This document shows, piece after piece, positions 26,673-39,736 of a stretch of DNA of 64,000 nucleotides. The DNA is from Octopus vulgaris (Eukaryota): NCBI GenBank assembly GCA_951406725.2, contig OX597814.1, forward strand, positions 80,352,001-80,416,000, given 5' to 3'. The first letter of the stretch is position 1, and the number at the start of each line of letters is the position of its first letter. Made by a program: the position numbers and the translations under genes. The notes below the pieces were generated by a model. That model saw only the letters and a program-made list of their open reading frames with translations, ran no database searches and was not told the DNA's origin.

Positions 26673-26767
26673 TTACGTCTGTTGACGTAAGGTAATAGGT
26701 AGAAGTTTCTATCTAACTTCCTATTACTATGACCTAGTACTTTCTGTCTCGCTTCTTTTAAACTCAC

Positions 26768-26896
26768 CTCTGTATACCTCCAGCTACTAGTGTAGTGGAT
26801 CTTAACTGGAGTCCATGTAATAGTTTGGAGAATCCACACAAGCAAAATTTTACATTGATTCCACAGAGGTATTTATGAGTCCATGATAAAGTTTTG
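26768..26896 (-). other. Exon-like segment (129 nt) with strong splice sites
   Basis: Acceptor ttctacAG and donor GTGAGT. One frame is open ([17 protein letters not shown]...) and another has a single stop, so coding status is unresolved. Confidence 0.3.
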
Positions 26897-27503
26897 CTGT
26901 AGAAGTATTTATTGCAAGAATTAGAGGTTATTTTCCCTCATGTTTTACATAATTCAGCGTATACAAAGGAATGTGTATAAACAAGTAAAGAAGTTTGAAA
27001 AAAGTATCTATAAAACTAGTTTCCAAACATTGAATATCTATGGGGTCCACTAGAATAAAACAATAAACATAGGGGTTCATAGATAACAAATGGTTGAGAC
27101 CAACTGCACTAGTGGATCAATATTTTCTATTAAGGGTCTCTCATTCTTCCTCCGATGATGGAATAAACTGCAACTATAATTTTGGCTGCCGATCGTTTGC
27201 TGGGAAATGCACCATTTGCGCCTCCATTCTTGAAACACATATAAGAAACTATCTGTGCACATATTTTCTTCCGCATTTCTTCTCATCCATCTTTGGATTT
27301 TACTTACCATGATCACTTTTACCTGATGCCAATAATTCTGACTTCCCTTGTAACTGTTCCGAGAGAATATAAGCTTACACCATAAGCATTACGAACGTTC
27401 TTCATCTGATCTTTTATCAATATTTCTGCGACAGCTCAACCCTCATGTTTCAGTATACAAATGTTATAATCTAACCTGATGTCAATTGTCTGCCTGTTTA
27501 TCC

Positions 27504-27619
<116 letters not shown>

Positions 27620-27904
27620 CACACACACATAAACATGATTATTGTAGGCTAAATATGCACTCTATCAAATTTCAAATGTGTTTAAGATTTGGTAGATTGA
27701 AATTAAATAAGTACTGTGACTGAGTCATCGAGTGTAAATGTCATTAACGGATTCGGGCGTGTATAATGCAGTAATAAATGCAAGCCTGTCACGAAAAGCA
27801 TATGTGTGTGTATGTGTGTACATACACACATATATATTATATACATACATGTATATACACACATGCATATATATCGGTATGTTAAGTATTTATGTTTATG
27901 TGTA

Positions 27905-27970
<66 letters not shown>

Positions 27971-28384
27971 CACACATGCACACATATGTATACACACTTG
28001 CATTTGAGCAACGTTGTAAAAGTATTTGTTTCCGAATTTCTCAATGCTTGAGGATACAATGTTAAAAGAAAATTGTCCTTCTCATGTAATAATAAAGCTT
28101 ATAATTTCAGGATTAAAGTTCGGCATGTATCTTTGGTGCTGTGCCAATACAGCGGTCCAGTATTTGGAAAACACATTGTTCGATTTATCCGAGTAAAATC
28201 ATTCACTTTCACCATCAAATAGGCGGAAATCACTAAGGATATGAAGTTGCGGTAAGCTCCCATAAAATCGTGTGAGCAATATAGGTTCTAATCCCGCTTC
28301 ATCTATCGCATGAAATTCGTGCCTTGTTCTTAATCTCAAGTAGAGAAAATTGACATATTTGACATGCTATATAATTACTTATCT

Positions 28385-28590
28385 TAAGGCGATGAACTAT
28401 CAGAATTGTTAACACGCCAGGCAAAATGCTTACCAGCATTTCGCCCGTCTTTAAGTTCTGCTCGCGCCGAGATCGACTTTGTCTTTCATCCTTTCGGAGT
28501 CGATAAAGTAAGTACCAGTTCAGTTTTTGGGTCGATGTAATTTACTTACCCTTCCCTCCAAATTGCTGGCCTTATACCAAAACTTTAAAC
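28385..28590 (+). mobile_element. SINE family A copy
   Basis: Family A head and core motifs. Confidence 0.8.
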
Positions 28591-28606
28591 TAATATATTT
28601 ACTTAC

Positions 28607-28685
28607 CTTGATACAGGACACAGATTTGTTTAATACCCATTTTCGGAAATGTGGTTAGAGTTTCATTTATTATTTCATGAAATGT
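28607..28685 (-). CDS. Candidate internal exon (79 nt, phase 0-1)
   Basis: Long polypyrimidine tract, AG, frame TFHEIINETLTTFPKMGIKQICVLYQ, consensus donor AG|GTAAGT. Confidence 0.4.
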
Positions 28686-28892
28686 CTCCGAAACATGAGA
28701 TAGGCATGGAGAGAAAAGAACAGAGAAAGAAAATTATGAACGATTTTATAAATGAGAAGGAATTTCTGATACATCGTCATCAACAGTAGCAGAAGAGCCT
28801 CTAAATGAACGAGCTAATAATACAAATTAGGCAACAACACCAACGTGGAAATGACAACATTACAACATTCTTTTCGTATGTGTGTATATATA

Positions 28893-28954
<62 letters not shown>

Positions 28955-28959
<5 letters not shown>

Positions 28960-29280
28960 AAACTTATATATAAAGGACGTGAAATTCACGAATTGACAAA
29001 CACGGAAAAACGGACAGTAATTCAGAGCCTTCATTCTTCAGTCAGAAACCGATTCATCGTGGCAAATTTCGGCTGTTTAATTCTGAGATTTGCTCCGAAA
29101 AGGCCAGCCCCAAGGCAAAAGCTAAGCTATGGGCATTAGATTTGCTTGGTAGAAGGAAAGAATGTGACAACCGAGACGAACAGGAAAACAAGAGACGAAG
29201 ATAAAATTTACAGTAACGAATAAAAACAGGAATGATACGGGGGCGTCATACGACTTTGAGACAAAATGAGACAAAACAAT
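28955..29280 (-). mobile_element. Diverged copy of the rearranged-hammerhead element (ribozyme region 29035-29149)
   Basis: Minus strand: GGCTG..GCAAAT-C-TCAGAA..CAGCC-GAA-ATTTGC..TTCTGA-CTGAAGA. The 3' end abuts (TA)n. Confidence 0.8.
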
Positions 29281-29307
29281 TGATCAGCAGCGTGGGAAGT
29301 GGTTACC

Positions 29308-29376
<69 letters not shown>

Positions 29377-29608
29377 CACACACATACAGTGGTATGGGTT
29401 TTGTCTAAAGTAAATCTCTTGTGTGTGCGACATTGCCAAATTATCAGTAATTTTGCTTATTTTATTTTTGTAGCACACCACATCCTAGATGACTAAGAAT
29501 TTCTAACTGCATCATCATCATCAGTAGAAGCAGAAACTTTTGTCAGAAGAAGCTAAGAATAAAAATTACGTAAAAACATTAACATAAAAGCGATAACACA
29601 TGTATATA

Positions 29609-29641
<33 letters not shown>

Positions 29642-29789
29642 CTATGTATGTATGTATGTATGTATGGGAAAAATAATTTCTACCACATATGTTGGAATAT
29701 AAGAAATTGATTTGAAGGATGAAATTGCACCTGGTTTTCAAAACGAACTTCACTTTTACCAACCGGTTTCAACTTCTTTCTTTTTTTAT

Positions 29790-30410
29790 TTTTTTGGTTT
29801 TCAATGATAAATGTAAAATAAAAAACATGTAAAAGAAAGAGAATGCACAAAAAAAATGTTACATGGCGATAAAAAATGCTCAAAATCGAATTTTCAATAG
29901 GTTTCGTATCAAAATAACATGATGAAATTTCAAGTATTCAGTAAGTTTCACAGCAATACGGAATGATGAAAGTGCAAATGTTCGATAAATTTCATAGCAT
30001 ATGATAGAAATATGAAAGTTCAAAAAGATTCATAGCAATAAGTTATGTTAGCAATTAAATATGATGAAGATTTTAAAATATAAGAAGAATATTTTTGCAC
30101 AATCTCTCTCATATTGCGTGAAGCAGAATTGTTCGTGGTTTGCCTTACTTGCTGAAAAGCAGAATCTGAACTCTGTTTCAAGTTGGAAATTTATCGAACA
30201 TTTGAATATTTATCTTTTCTTATTGCTGTCTAAGTTATTGAACACTTGAATCATGTGATTTTGTTATGCAGCATATTGAAAATTTGATTTTATTTTTTAC
30301 ATTCTCTTTCTTTTAAAATTTCATCGTATTTTCTATATTTTTATACATGGTATTTGACAAATTTAATACATTTTTAATTAAAAGAAACTGAAATTCCTCT
30401 TTAAAACCAA
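29790..30410. mobile_element. AT-rich foldback/MITE-like element (related partial copy at ~32150-32570)
   Basis: Perfect 19-bp inverted match between caaatgttcgataaatttc (~29975) and gaaatttatcgaacatttg (~30186), plus outer aaaagaaagagaatg/cattctctttctttt. The core gtgaagcagaattgttcgt recurs at ~32287. Confidence 0.55.
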
Positions 30411-30606
30411 TACATTTTCAACCTCAAAACAAATTTTTTGTTAAAATATGTGTGTGTGTGTGGGTGCATGTGTGTATGCACGCACACGTGTGTGTGTTTG
30501 TATATATGTATGTGCGTGTATATGAGTTAGTGTGTGTATACATATATGTACAAACTCATACACAACCACATACGCGCGCGTTGGGGTCTTGACCGATGAA
30601 ATTTAC

Positions 30607-30672
30607 CAGGGTGTGCAACACTACAAAATTAGCCTTAATTTGGCGTATCTTTCTTTTATGGGTCAGCACATT
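30607..30672 (-). CDS. Candidate 66-nt phase 0-0 exon, the intact member of a triplicated exon module
   Basis: catacAG|NVLTHKRKIRQIKANFVVLHTL|GTaaat. Paralogous segments lie at 29419-29484 and ~34785-34851. Confidence 0.4.
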
Positions 30673-30957
30673 CTGTATGAGTAAGAATTTCTAATAATAT
30701 TACCATCATCATCAGCAGCAGCAGCAGTTGAGGCCTCTATCAGAATTATATAAGAATAGATATTACGCAACAGCGTAGAAAACAACACTACTATATCATT
30801 GAAGGGAAACCATTATATGCACACACACACACACACACATACACTCACTCACACACACACGTAGAAGCAGCAATGAAAAGAACCAGAAAATAAAAATTAC
30901 GCATCAACACCAACAAAAGAACGATGGCATACACACATACACTCACATATATATATA

Positions 30958-31676
<719 letters not shown>

Positions 31677-32086
31677 GAGCCATTTGGATCATGACAATGA
31701 ATTGAGAGCAAAGACAGTCCCGAATGCTTTGTATGATAATCCTTCCTTAAATCTAATTCATGAACTTCTCTATGAAAGATTGGTTAGATTAGAATTTCAT
31801 AAGAAACATAGGTGTCAGAGCTAAAACAAAAGTATAAACGAAAAAGTGCTCGACCCTAATACGTCGAAATCGACGGAAGACAGCATTATACACACACGCA
31901 TAAAACAAACATATACACATACACACAGATATATATCTACGTGTACGTATATGCGCGCGCCTGTGTATGTATGTATGTGTGTATGTATTGTATTTTATAT
32001 TTATTTTATTTTATTTGTATATTCACATTTGAGTCGTATTTGGTTTTCTTACTGTCCCCAATGTTCCCTCACAAACACATACACAC

Positions 32087-32126
<40 letters not shown>

Positions 32127-32667
32127 AGAAGTGACTAACTTGCACAAGTGGGAATATAACAAAATTGGTTACACGAAAGAAATATAAAAGTTGAATGTGA
32201 TTCAGAGCAATAAATTAATTTAGTAGTTGAACATGATGAAAGTTTAACATTTTTTAAAAAATCCTTTGCAAGCTGTGTTGCGTTGTGTGAAGTAGAATTG
32301 TTCGTCTTTGGCTTTACTCATTCCAAAGCGGAATTTTGTGTATGTTTCATGCTGGAAATATGTCGAACATTTGAAATTTCATATCGTATTTCTGTGAAAC
32401 TAACTGTACATTTGAATCTTCATCATGTTGATTTTGCTATGAAATCTATTGAACTTTTGAATTTTGAGCATTTTGTATCGTTATGAAATTTTTGCTTATG
32501 CGTTTCTTTCTCTTAAATTTTCACCTTATTTTTGGTATCTTTTATTTACCTTTTTTGTGTCTTATGAACTACAATTCTTGGAGCCAGCATGGTGTTTTAA
32601 TGAATTCACTTATTTTTTAATGTAAAATTCGTTATATTCATAAATGTCCAAATACGTACGCATATAC

Positions 32668-32720
<53 letters not shown>

Positions 32721-32736
32721 CACACTCACACACGCA

Positions 32737-32838
<102 letters not shown>

Positions 32839-33123
32839 AGCCAAAGAGAAACTTCTATTTTTCTATCCAAAGGATTTTTTCACCCAATATTTACACGCTA
32901 CTGTTTATAGCTTCATCTGCGAGGGGATTTTGTGTGCACGTGTATGCGCTGTACACATATACATGCTCATATAAAGGAAATGAAGTTTCGCAAATAGCTA
33001 GGAAAATAAATATATGGACAACGAGGAAATATATACTAAGTACTACACAAGTTATACTCTTGTTTTACGTAAAAAGAAAGTTAACTTTGTTTCGAACGAT
33101 TGTAAAGAAATACTTTGCAGCAA

Positions 33124-34150
33124 TCTCTCTATATATAAAAGGCAGTTTGTCTGTCCGTGTGTCTGTCAGGTTGTACCCTCACCCTGACCACGGCTTTCAA
33201 CCGATTCTGATGAAACTTGACACACACATAGCCCAATGTCATAATTCAAAACTAACGCAGCAAAAATTTTGAAAAGTTCCCCCAGTTCTGAAAAAATCGA
33301 TAAATTCGACATGGGGTCGAGAATCTAAGCTCATCATATGCAACACATTTTCCGTTGTAGTTTTCGCAACTTGCAATCGATTTTCACCAAACTCATGGTG
33401 AAGCTTAATGTTACCCTAAGGAACTTAATTTTGATGTTAGTTTCCCATGCAATACCTTACCATCAGAAAAAAATCAATAAAATCATGCCATTTTGGGAAA
33501 TCGCGTTCAAATTCAAGATGACATCTTTTCGACAATATCTTTAACAAATTGGCAGGAATGTTTTTTGAAATTCACAGTGACCATCATGTCTGCTCCAAGG
33601 AGTTATATGGCCCTTTTGATTCCAATATGATACGTTATTATTAGAAAAAATCGGTTAATTACATCATATGTGGCACACATAGCAACCGATTTTTCTGCGA
33701 TATTTTTTGAAAGTTCACATAGATTTTCCCTACACCGATGTTGGACATCAAGTTTGCATTAAATGTCAAACTAACGACCTTTTGTCAATGCAGTTAACAA
33801 GTATTGGGAGAAATCGACAAAACCATATCACTTTGAGACCGACCATGCGAACCCTACAAAACTGACTTTTGTTAAATAGTTGGTGGATTTCAGGCGATTT
33901 AGTCGATTTTTGCCGCTTTTATCATAAAAGGTTACAAGAAATGGCATGTTTTCCTTTTGCTTCAAATCTGAGCAATTTTGGGCTGTAGTCATGCATGCAA
34001 GGGAACAGTGCCTTGAATGCCTTAATGCCTTTTAGGCTTCATTTTACAAAATAACGGTTCAATGAGTACAAAAAAGGGTAAAGAGGTAAAGGGCATTGCT
34101 TATCGACAAAGTTTCTTACATACCCGGGCAACGCCGGGCTATGCTGCTAG
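33124..34150 (+). mobile_element. Non-autonomous Helitron
   Basis: 5' A|TC(tctctatatataaaa) followed by tgtc repeats. The 3' hairpin cccgggcaacgccggg (34123-34138) lies just upstream of a terminal CTAG at 34147-34150. Confidence 0.8.
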
Positions 34151-34484
34151 CTCGTTAATAATAAATTATTCCGAGTTTGCAGGAAGATTCTAAAAATTTT
34201 TAAACAATATACACTTCTCGCAAGTTATGAAAATGCTTTAATACAGGAGTAAACGTTTACAGATGCGGGTTTCAAGTCCAAAGAGAAACTTCTATTTTTT
34301 CTATCCAAAGGTTTTTTTTTCACCCAATATTTACACGCTACTGTTTATAACTTTATCTACTTCGATTTAAAACGAATTATTTTATGTCTTTGGAAGTTTC
34401 TTAATTCTTATGACAACATATAAAGCTTTAAAAATGTTTTGAGTAAAACAAAGTTTTCAAAATGTTTAGAAAAACTTGAAAAGT

Positions 34485-34556
34485 TGCTTTGGTACAATGG
34501 TAGAGTGTCTTTCATGTTTACAAAAGATAGGAGTCCGAGTCCAACGGTTAGCCGTC
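34485..34556 (+). other. tRNA-like remnant (pseudo-tRNA or SINE head)
   Basis: A-box-like tggtacaatgg and B-box-like gtccgagtcc at tRNA spacing. No clean cloverleaf. Confidence 0.25.
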
Positions 34557-35071
34557 GAATTTTTCTATTCATAGATTTCCTAACCCAATATTTTCACACT
34601 ATTACCAAATAGCTTTAGATGCTTTGAGTTTCACCGGTAAATACGAATTATATACCGTCAGTCAAAGTTTCTAAATTTTTACGACGTAAAATATATGCCA
34701 TACACAATTCACACACGCACATTCAAGTTCATACATAAATACACACATACACATACTCAAGGTATTTTGACTAACGTAATTTACCTGGGTGTGCGACGTT
34801 CCTGAATTAGCAGTAATTTTGAGCATTTTGGTTTTTGTAGGCAACCACATAATAATTGATTGAGAACTTTAAATAACAACAGCTGTCGCAACAGCAGAGG
34901 CAGCTACGAAAAAAAGCTAAGAATGAAAATTATGCAACTACACTAACATGAAAACGTTAATGTAGAAAACAATACAAGTACCTCATTAAAAGAAAATTAT
35001 AAGGATGCGGACACACACACGCGTACGCCTTATATATATAAATACAATATATATACATATATATATATACA

Positions 35072-35142
<71 letters not shown>

Positions 35143-35194
35143 TATGTATAATGTATATATATGTGTGTGTCTTTTACATATATCTTTTATCTTT

Positions 35195-35400
35195 TACGTT
35201 TTACTTGTTTCAGTTTTCATTTGGCTGTGGCCATGCTGAGAACCATCTTCAAGGGTTTTAGTTGAATGAATCGACGCCCAGGACTTCTAAAGCCTACTAC
35301 TTATTCTATCGATCTCTTATGCTGAATTGCTAGATTCCGGGAACGTAACCACACCAACACCGGTTGTCAAGTGGTCGTGGGGTGGACTAACACAGACACG
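35195..35400 (-). mobile_element. SINE family B 3' part
   Basis: tttacttgtttcag..tggccatgctg..tacttattctatcgatctctt..ggttgtcaag. Confidence 0.75.
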
Positions 35401-35473
35401 ATGACACACACACACACGATGACACACACACACACACAAAATATATACACATATATATATAGATAGATATATG

Positions 35474-35523
<50 letters not shown>

Positions 35524-35611
35524 CAAAGTATATTTGTAAGGTACCGCACGCGTAGAAATATACATGAAAGAAGGTATGAAAATGCAATTTTAAAGCTGTT
35601 TATTCTTTAAA

Positions 35612-35648
<37 letters not shown>

Positions 35649-35924
35649 TATATAAATTAGAGAAAAAACACTATTATGCAATTCAAACAATGATAGACAT
35701 AAACCAAATCATAAATAAAAAATAGAAACTATTATTTGAAAACACATAACTAGATCACAAAAAGTACAAAAATGAATAAATAATATATAACAATATATAC
35801 TTATTACTTATTATATATATGTTTATATATATATATATATATTATATATTGTTTATTCCTTTTTGTACTTTTTGTGATCTAGTTATATGTTTTAAAAAAT
35901 ATATATTTTATTTATGATTTATGA

Positions 35925-36985
35925 TTTCCTAACAAACAGGACACAGCATGTTGTGGTTGATGGCATCCACTCAAGACCAGCAAAAGTCATCAGCGGAGTC
36001 CCGCAGGGTACTGTGCTGGGTCCACTTCTTTTTATTGTCTATATCAATGCCATTGCAGATTCCATTGAGCACCATTAAAATATTTGCAGATGACTCTAAG
36101 CTCCAGAAAGTCATTAAGGGAGATCGAACAATGCTTCAATCGCCACTACGCGCCGTAATCCAGTGGGCAGAAAAAACAATATGCAGTTGAACAAAGAAAA
36201 ATTTGAGCTCAACCACTTTGGAAAAGATGGCACACTCAAACAATCATAAACACTAGCATCAGGAGACTTACTTGAACCGTCGGATAATATCAGAGACTTA
36301 GGTATAACTGTCGACAGCAACCTTTGCACATCAACAAAAGAGTCGATGTTTCCTGCAGAATGTTCTCATGGATTCTCAGATCTTTTCAATCTAGGGATCA
36401 TAAAACCATCATCCTTCTCTTCTCCACATTCGCTGCCCATTGTGGTCCCCCTTCAAAAAACAAGACATATTGAGGATCGAAGCGCCACAAAGATCAATCA
36501 CTAAAAAAATAAATGGCATGGTGGGACTTGATTATTGGGCTCGACTTAAACAGCTGAAACTCTATTCTCTGCAACGCCGCCGAGAATGATACATTATTTG
36601 CACAATGTGGAAAAAATATTCCACCAATATTATCCAAATGATATCGGTATTATATTTACAATTTACCCAAGACTAGGCACCCATGCAATAATGCGTCCCC
36701 TACAAAGGTCGAGATCACAATTTCTTCACTGCAAATGTTCCTGCTCTTTTCAATGTTATGCCGAAAGAAATTAAATTAAAGTAGAAAAGGCCCCACAACT
36801 TACAAACGGTACCTGGACAAATTCTTCCAGGAAATACCTACATATGGATACATCTAAACCAACAACAACTCTCTGCTTGAGTGGTCCATGGTGTCCTGAA
36901 ATAATTAACTCAAAGACTTTTCCAGGTGGTGCTGCTAAGTTAACCATGGTCTGGGCCGATATTGGCCGAAAGTTATTTAAGTTAT
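35925..36985 (+). mobile_element. 5'-truncated LINE (CR1/L2-like) RT 3' fragment, decayed
   Basis: SGVPQGTVLGPLLF, KIFADDSKL, IRDLGITVDSNL and RLKQLKLYSLQRRRE, read across frameshifts. Confidence 0.85.
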
Positions 36986-37052
<67 letters not shown>

Positions 37053-37056
<4 letters not shown>

Positions 37057-37291
37057 ATACAATATGGGACAATTATTCGGTTGCCATAATAAGACTCCGA
37101 GTTTCGGATGTCCGGGTGGAAAACTGCTCTGGCATCTCGTCAGTTATCGAGGCAATCAAAAAATGCTCTTCTTTTGATTTTATTTTTGTTGCCTCGATAA
37201 CTGATGAGATGCCGGAGCAGTTTTACGCCCCGACAACCGAAACTCGGAGTTTTATTTTGGCAACCGAATAATCGTCACATATTATATTACA
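37053..37291. ncRNA. Inverted pair of canonical type I hammerhead ribozymes (PLE pLTR-like palindrome)
   Basis: Plus copy: ttgcctcgataa-CTGATGA(37201)-stem II-GAAA(37239)-CTCGGAGTT-ttattttggcaa. Minus copy: CTGACGA (37143-37137), GAAA, CTCGGAGTC-ttattatggcaa. Confidence 0.85.
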
Positions 37292-37359
37292 TATATATTC
37301 CTCTATTGATATAACATCGAGGTCTCATTCATTCTTTTGTTGCCTTACCATTACTACTA

Positions 37360-37416
<57 letters not shown>

Positions 37417-37418
<2 letters not shown>

Positions 37419-38065
37419 AACATTCAGAACCGGAGATAAGGAAGCCATGATGGTCCTCTGGCGGACATTCGTCCTCAGCCGCCTGGATTACTGCTCACAG
37501 CTATAGTCACCCACCAGTATGAAATTAACAGCCGACCTTGAAGCAATCCAGAGAAGATTCACAAAGAAGATCGTCTCTTTGCAACAGCTCAGCAACTGGG
37601 AAAGGTTGAAATAGCTAAAACTCTACTCCCTGGAAAGAAGACGGGAGAGGTATGCAATAATAATCTGGAAGGAATTGTGCCAAATTTTGGCATTGAAAGC
37701 TACAACAATGCCAGAACGGGACGACGCTGCATAGTGCCCAAAATCCCAGCAACGCCATCGCGCTTCAGGAGCAGTTACTGTAACAGCCTGGGTTTCAAGG
37801 GCCCACAGCTTTTTATTATTCTCCCAAAGAGTCTGAAGAACCTGCACAAAGTAGATGTAGGGAGTTTTAAATCAAAGCTGGACCTCTTCTTGTCGAGAGT
37901 CCCAGATGAACCTACTTCACGGCAAGAGGTGCAAATGAGGGCAGCTATATCAAAATCCATTCTTTACCAAGTGCCACATATTAGAGGAGGCTCTTAGTAA
38001 TAACAGTGTAACTAAACGACGGTGCATCAGCATGACCACAACTCTAAGTTGAAACTAGAGTGAGA
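37417..38065 (+). mobile_element. 3' fragment of a second CR1/L2-like LINE
   Basis: RTFVLSRLDYCSQL, LEAIQRRFTKKI, LYSLERRRERY and FKSKLDLFLSRVPDEP. Confidence 0.82.
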
Positions 38066-38094
38066 AAATATATATATCTATATACGTATATATA

Positions 38095-38391
38095 TCACGT
38101 GACCGACCAGACCATCAGATGTTGCTACACATCGCTGGTCACAATGCGTTCGCATTGTTTTAGCCTTCGAAAGATGCCACTCCGCTAGCTAAGCGAGCAA
38201 ACCAACAGAAGAAAGAGTGAGAGAAAGAGTGGTGAAAGAGTACAGCAGGGATCACCACCCCCTGCCGGAGCATCGTGGAGCTTCTAGGCGTTTTCGCTCA
38301 ATAAACAATCACAGCACCCGGTCTGGGAATCGAAACCGCGATCCTACGACCGCAAGTCCACTGCCCTAACCACTGGGTCATTGCACCTCCA
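38095..38391 (-). mobile_element. tRNA-derived SINE family C
   Basis: Minus-strand head tggaggtgcaatgacccagtggttagggcagtggacttgcggtcgtaggatcgcggtttcgattccc, with A and B boxes. Confidence 0.75.
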
Positions 38392-38419
38392 CACACACAT
38401 ATATATATGTATATATTTA

Positions 38420-39185
38420 TCCTTTCGTGGTCGATAAATTAAGTACCAGTTACGCACTGGGGTCGATATAATCGACTTAATACCTTTGTCTGTCCTTGTT
38501 TGTCCTCTCTATGTTGTGGGCAATAAAGAAATAAGAATCGTTAGCACGCCTGATGAAAATGCTTAGCAGTATTTCTTTACGGTTCTGAGTTCAAATGCCA
38601 CTGAGGTCAATTTTGCCTTACATCCTCCTTGGGGTCGATGAAATATGTACCAGTCGAGCTCTGGGGTTGATGTCATCGACTCCTCTCCTCCCTCAAATTG
38701 CTAGCTTTGTGCCAAAATTTGAAACCAATATATTTACTTACATCAAGGCAGCGAGCTGGCGGAATGGTTAGCATACCGGGCAAAATGCTTAGTTGTGTTT
38801 CATCCGTTCGCACATTTTGAGTTCAACTTCCACCGAGATCGACTTTGTCTCTCATCCTTTCGGGTCGATTAAATAAGTACCATTTGAGCACTGGAGTCGA
38901 TGTAATTGACTATTCCCCTCCCACAAAATTTCAGGCCTTGTGCCTATAGTAGAAAGGATTATTATAGTAATAGTAAAAGCGGCAAGCTGGCAGAATCGTT
39001 AGCATACCTGGTAAAAATGATTAGCGCGCATTACTTTACGGCTCTGAGTTCAAATTCCACCGAGGTCAACTTGATCTTTCATCCTATTAGGGTCGATAAA
39101 ATAAGTATCGGTTGAGCACTGAGGTTGATATATTCAACTTCTCCCTCCTCTCAAAATTGCTGCCTTCAGCCAAAATTAGAAATGG
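38420..39185 (+). mobile_element. Head-to-tail array of about four SINE family A copies
   Basis: Core motif recurs at ~38420, 38615, 38850 and 39075. Confidence 0.85.
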
Positions 39186-39667
39186 TTATTATTGTAATAC
39201 TACATATAATCTCTTCGTTATTTTTTAACTCTATGGTTAGTGTTTAACTCTATGGTTGACATTTTCGCCCAACGGTAATAAACATAAATAAATGTAGCTA
39301 TAAAAATGTATGATTAACACCTTTCGTTACTGCAAAATATTTGATTGTGTATGAAACATAACATAAAATAGTGATCGTCAAATGATGATCATTAAATTTC
39401 AAATTACAAACTAATGAATTTAAAGAAAGATAATTGAATAAACTTCATGTAGCCTTAAGGAACAATCTAAGGTAAGATCCTTAACAGAGGCAACTGAAAG
39501 ATTGCCTGCAGGCAGAAAAGAAAGTCATGACCTTGCAACACCGGAAATAACAAGAAACTACCTCGGTACAATTATATAAAACTTGACAAGATGTTTATAA
39601 CGAATTTCTTGACGTGTGACCGGAGGTGATTGGAAATTTTAATTGTTTGCTAATAAAATTTATTTGA

Positions 39668-39736
<69 letters not shown>

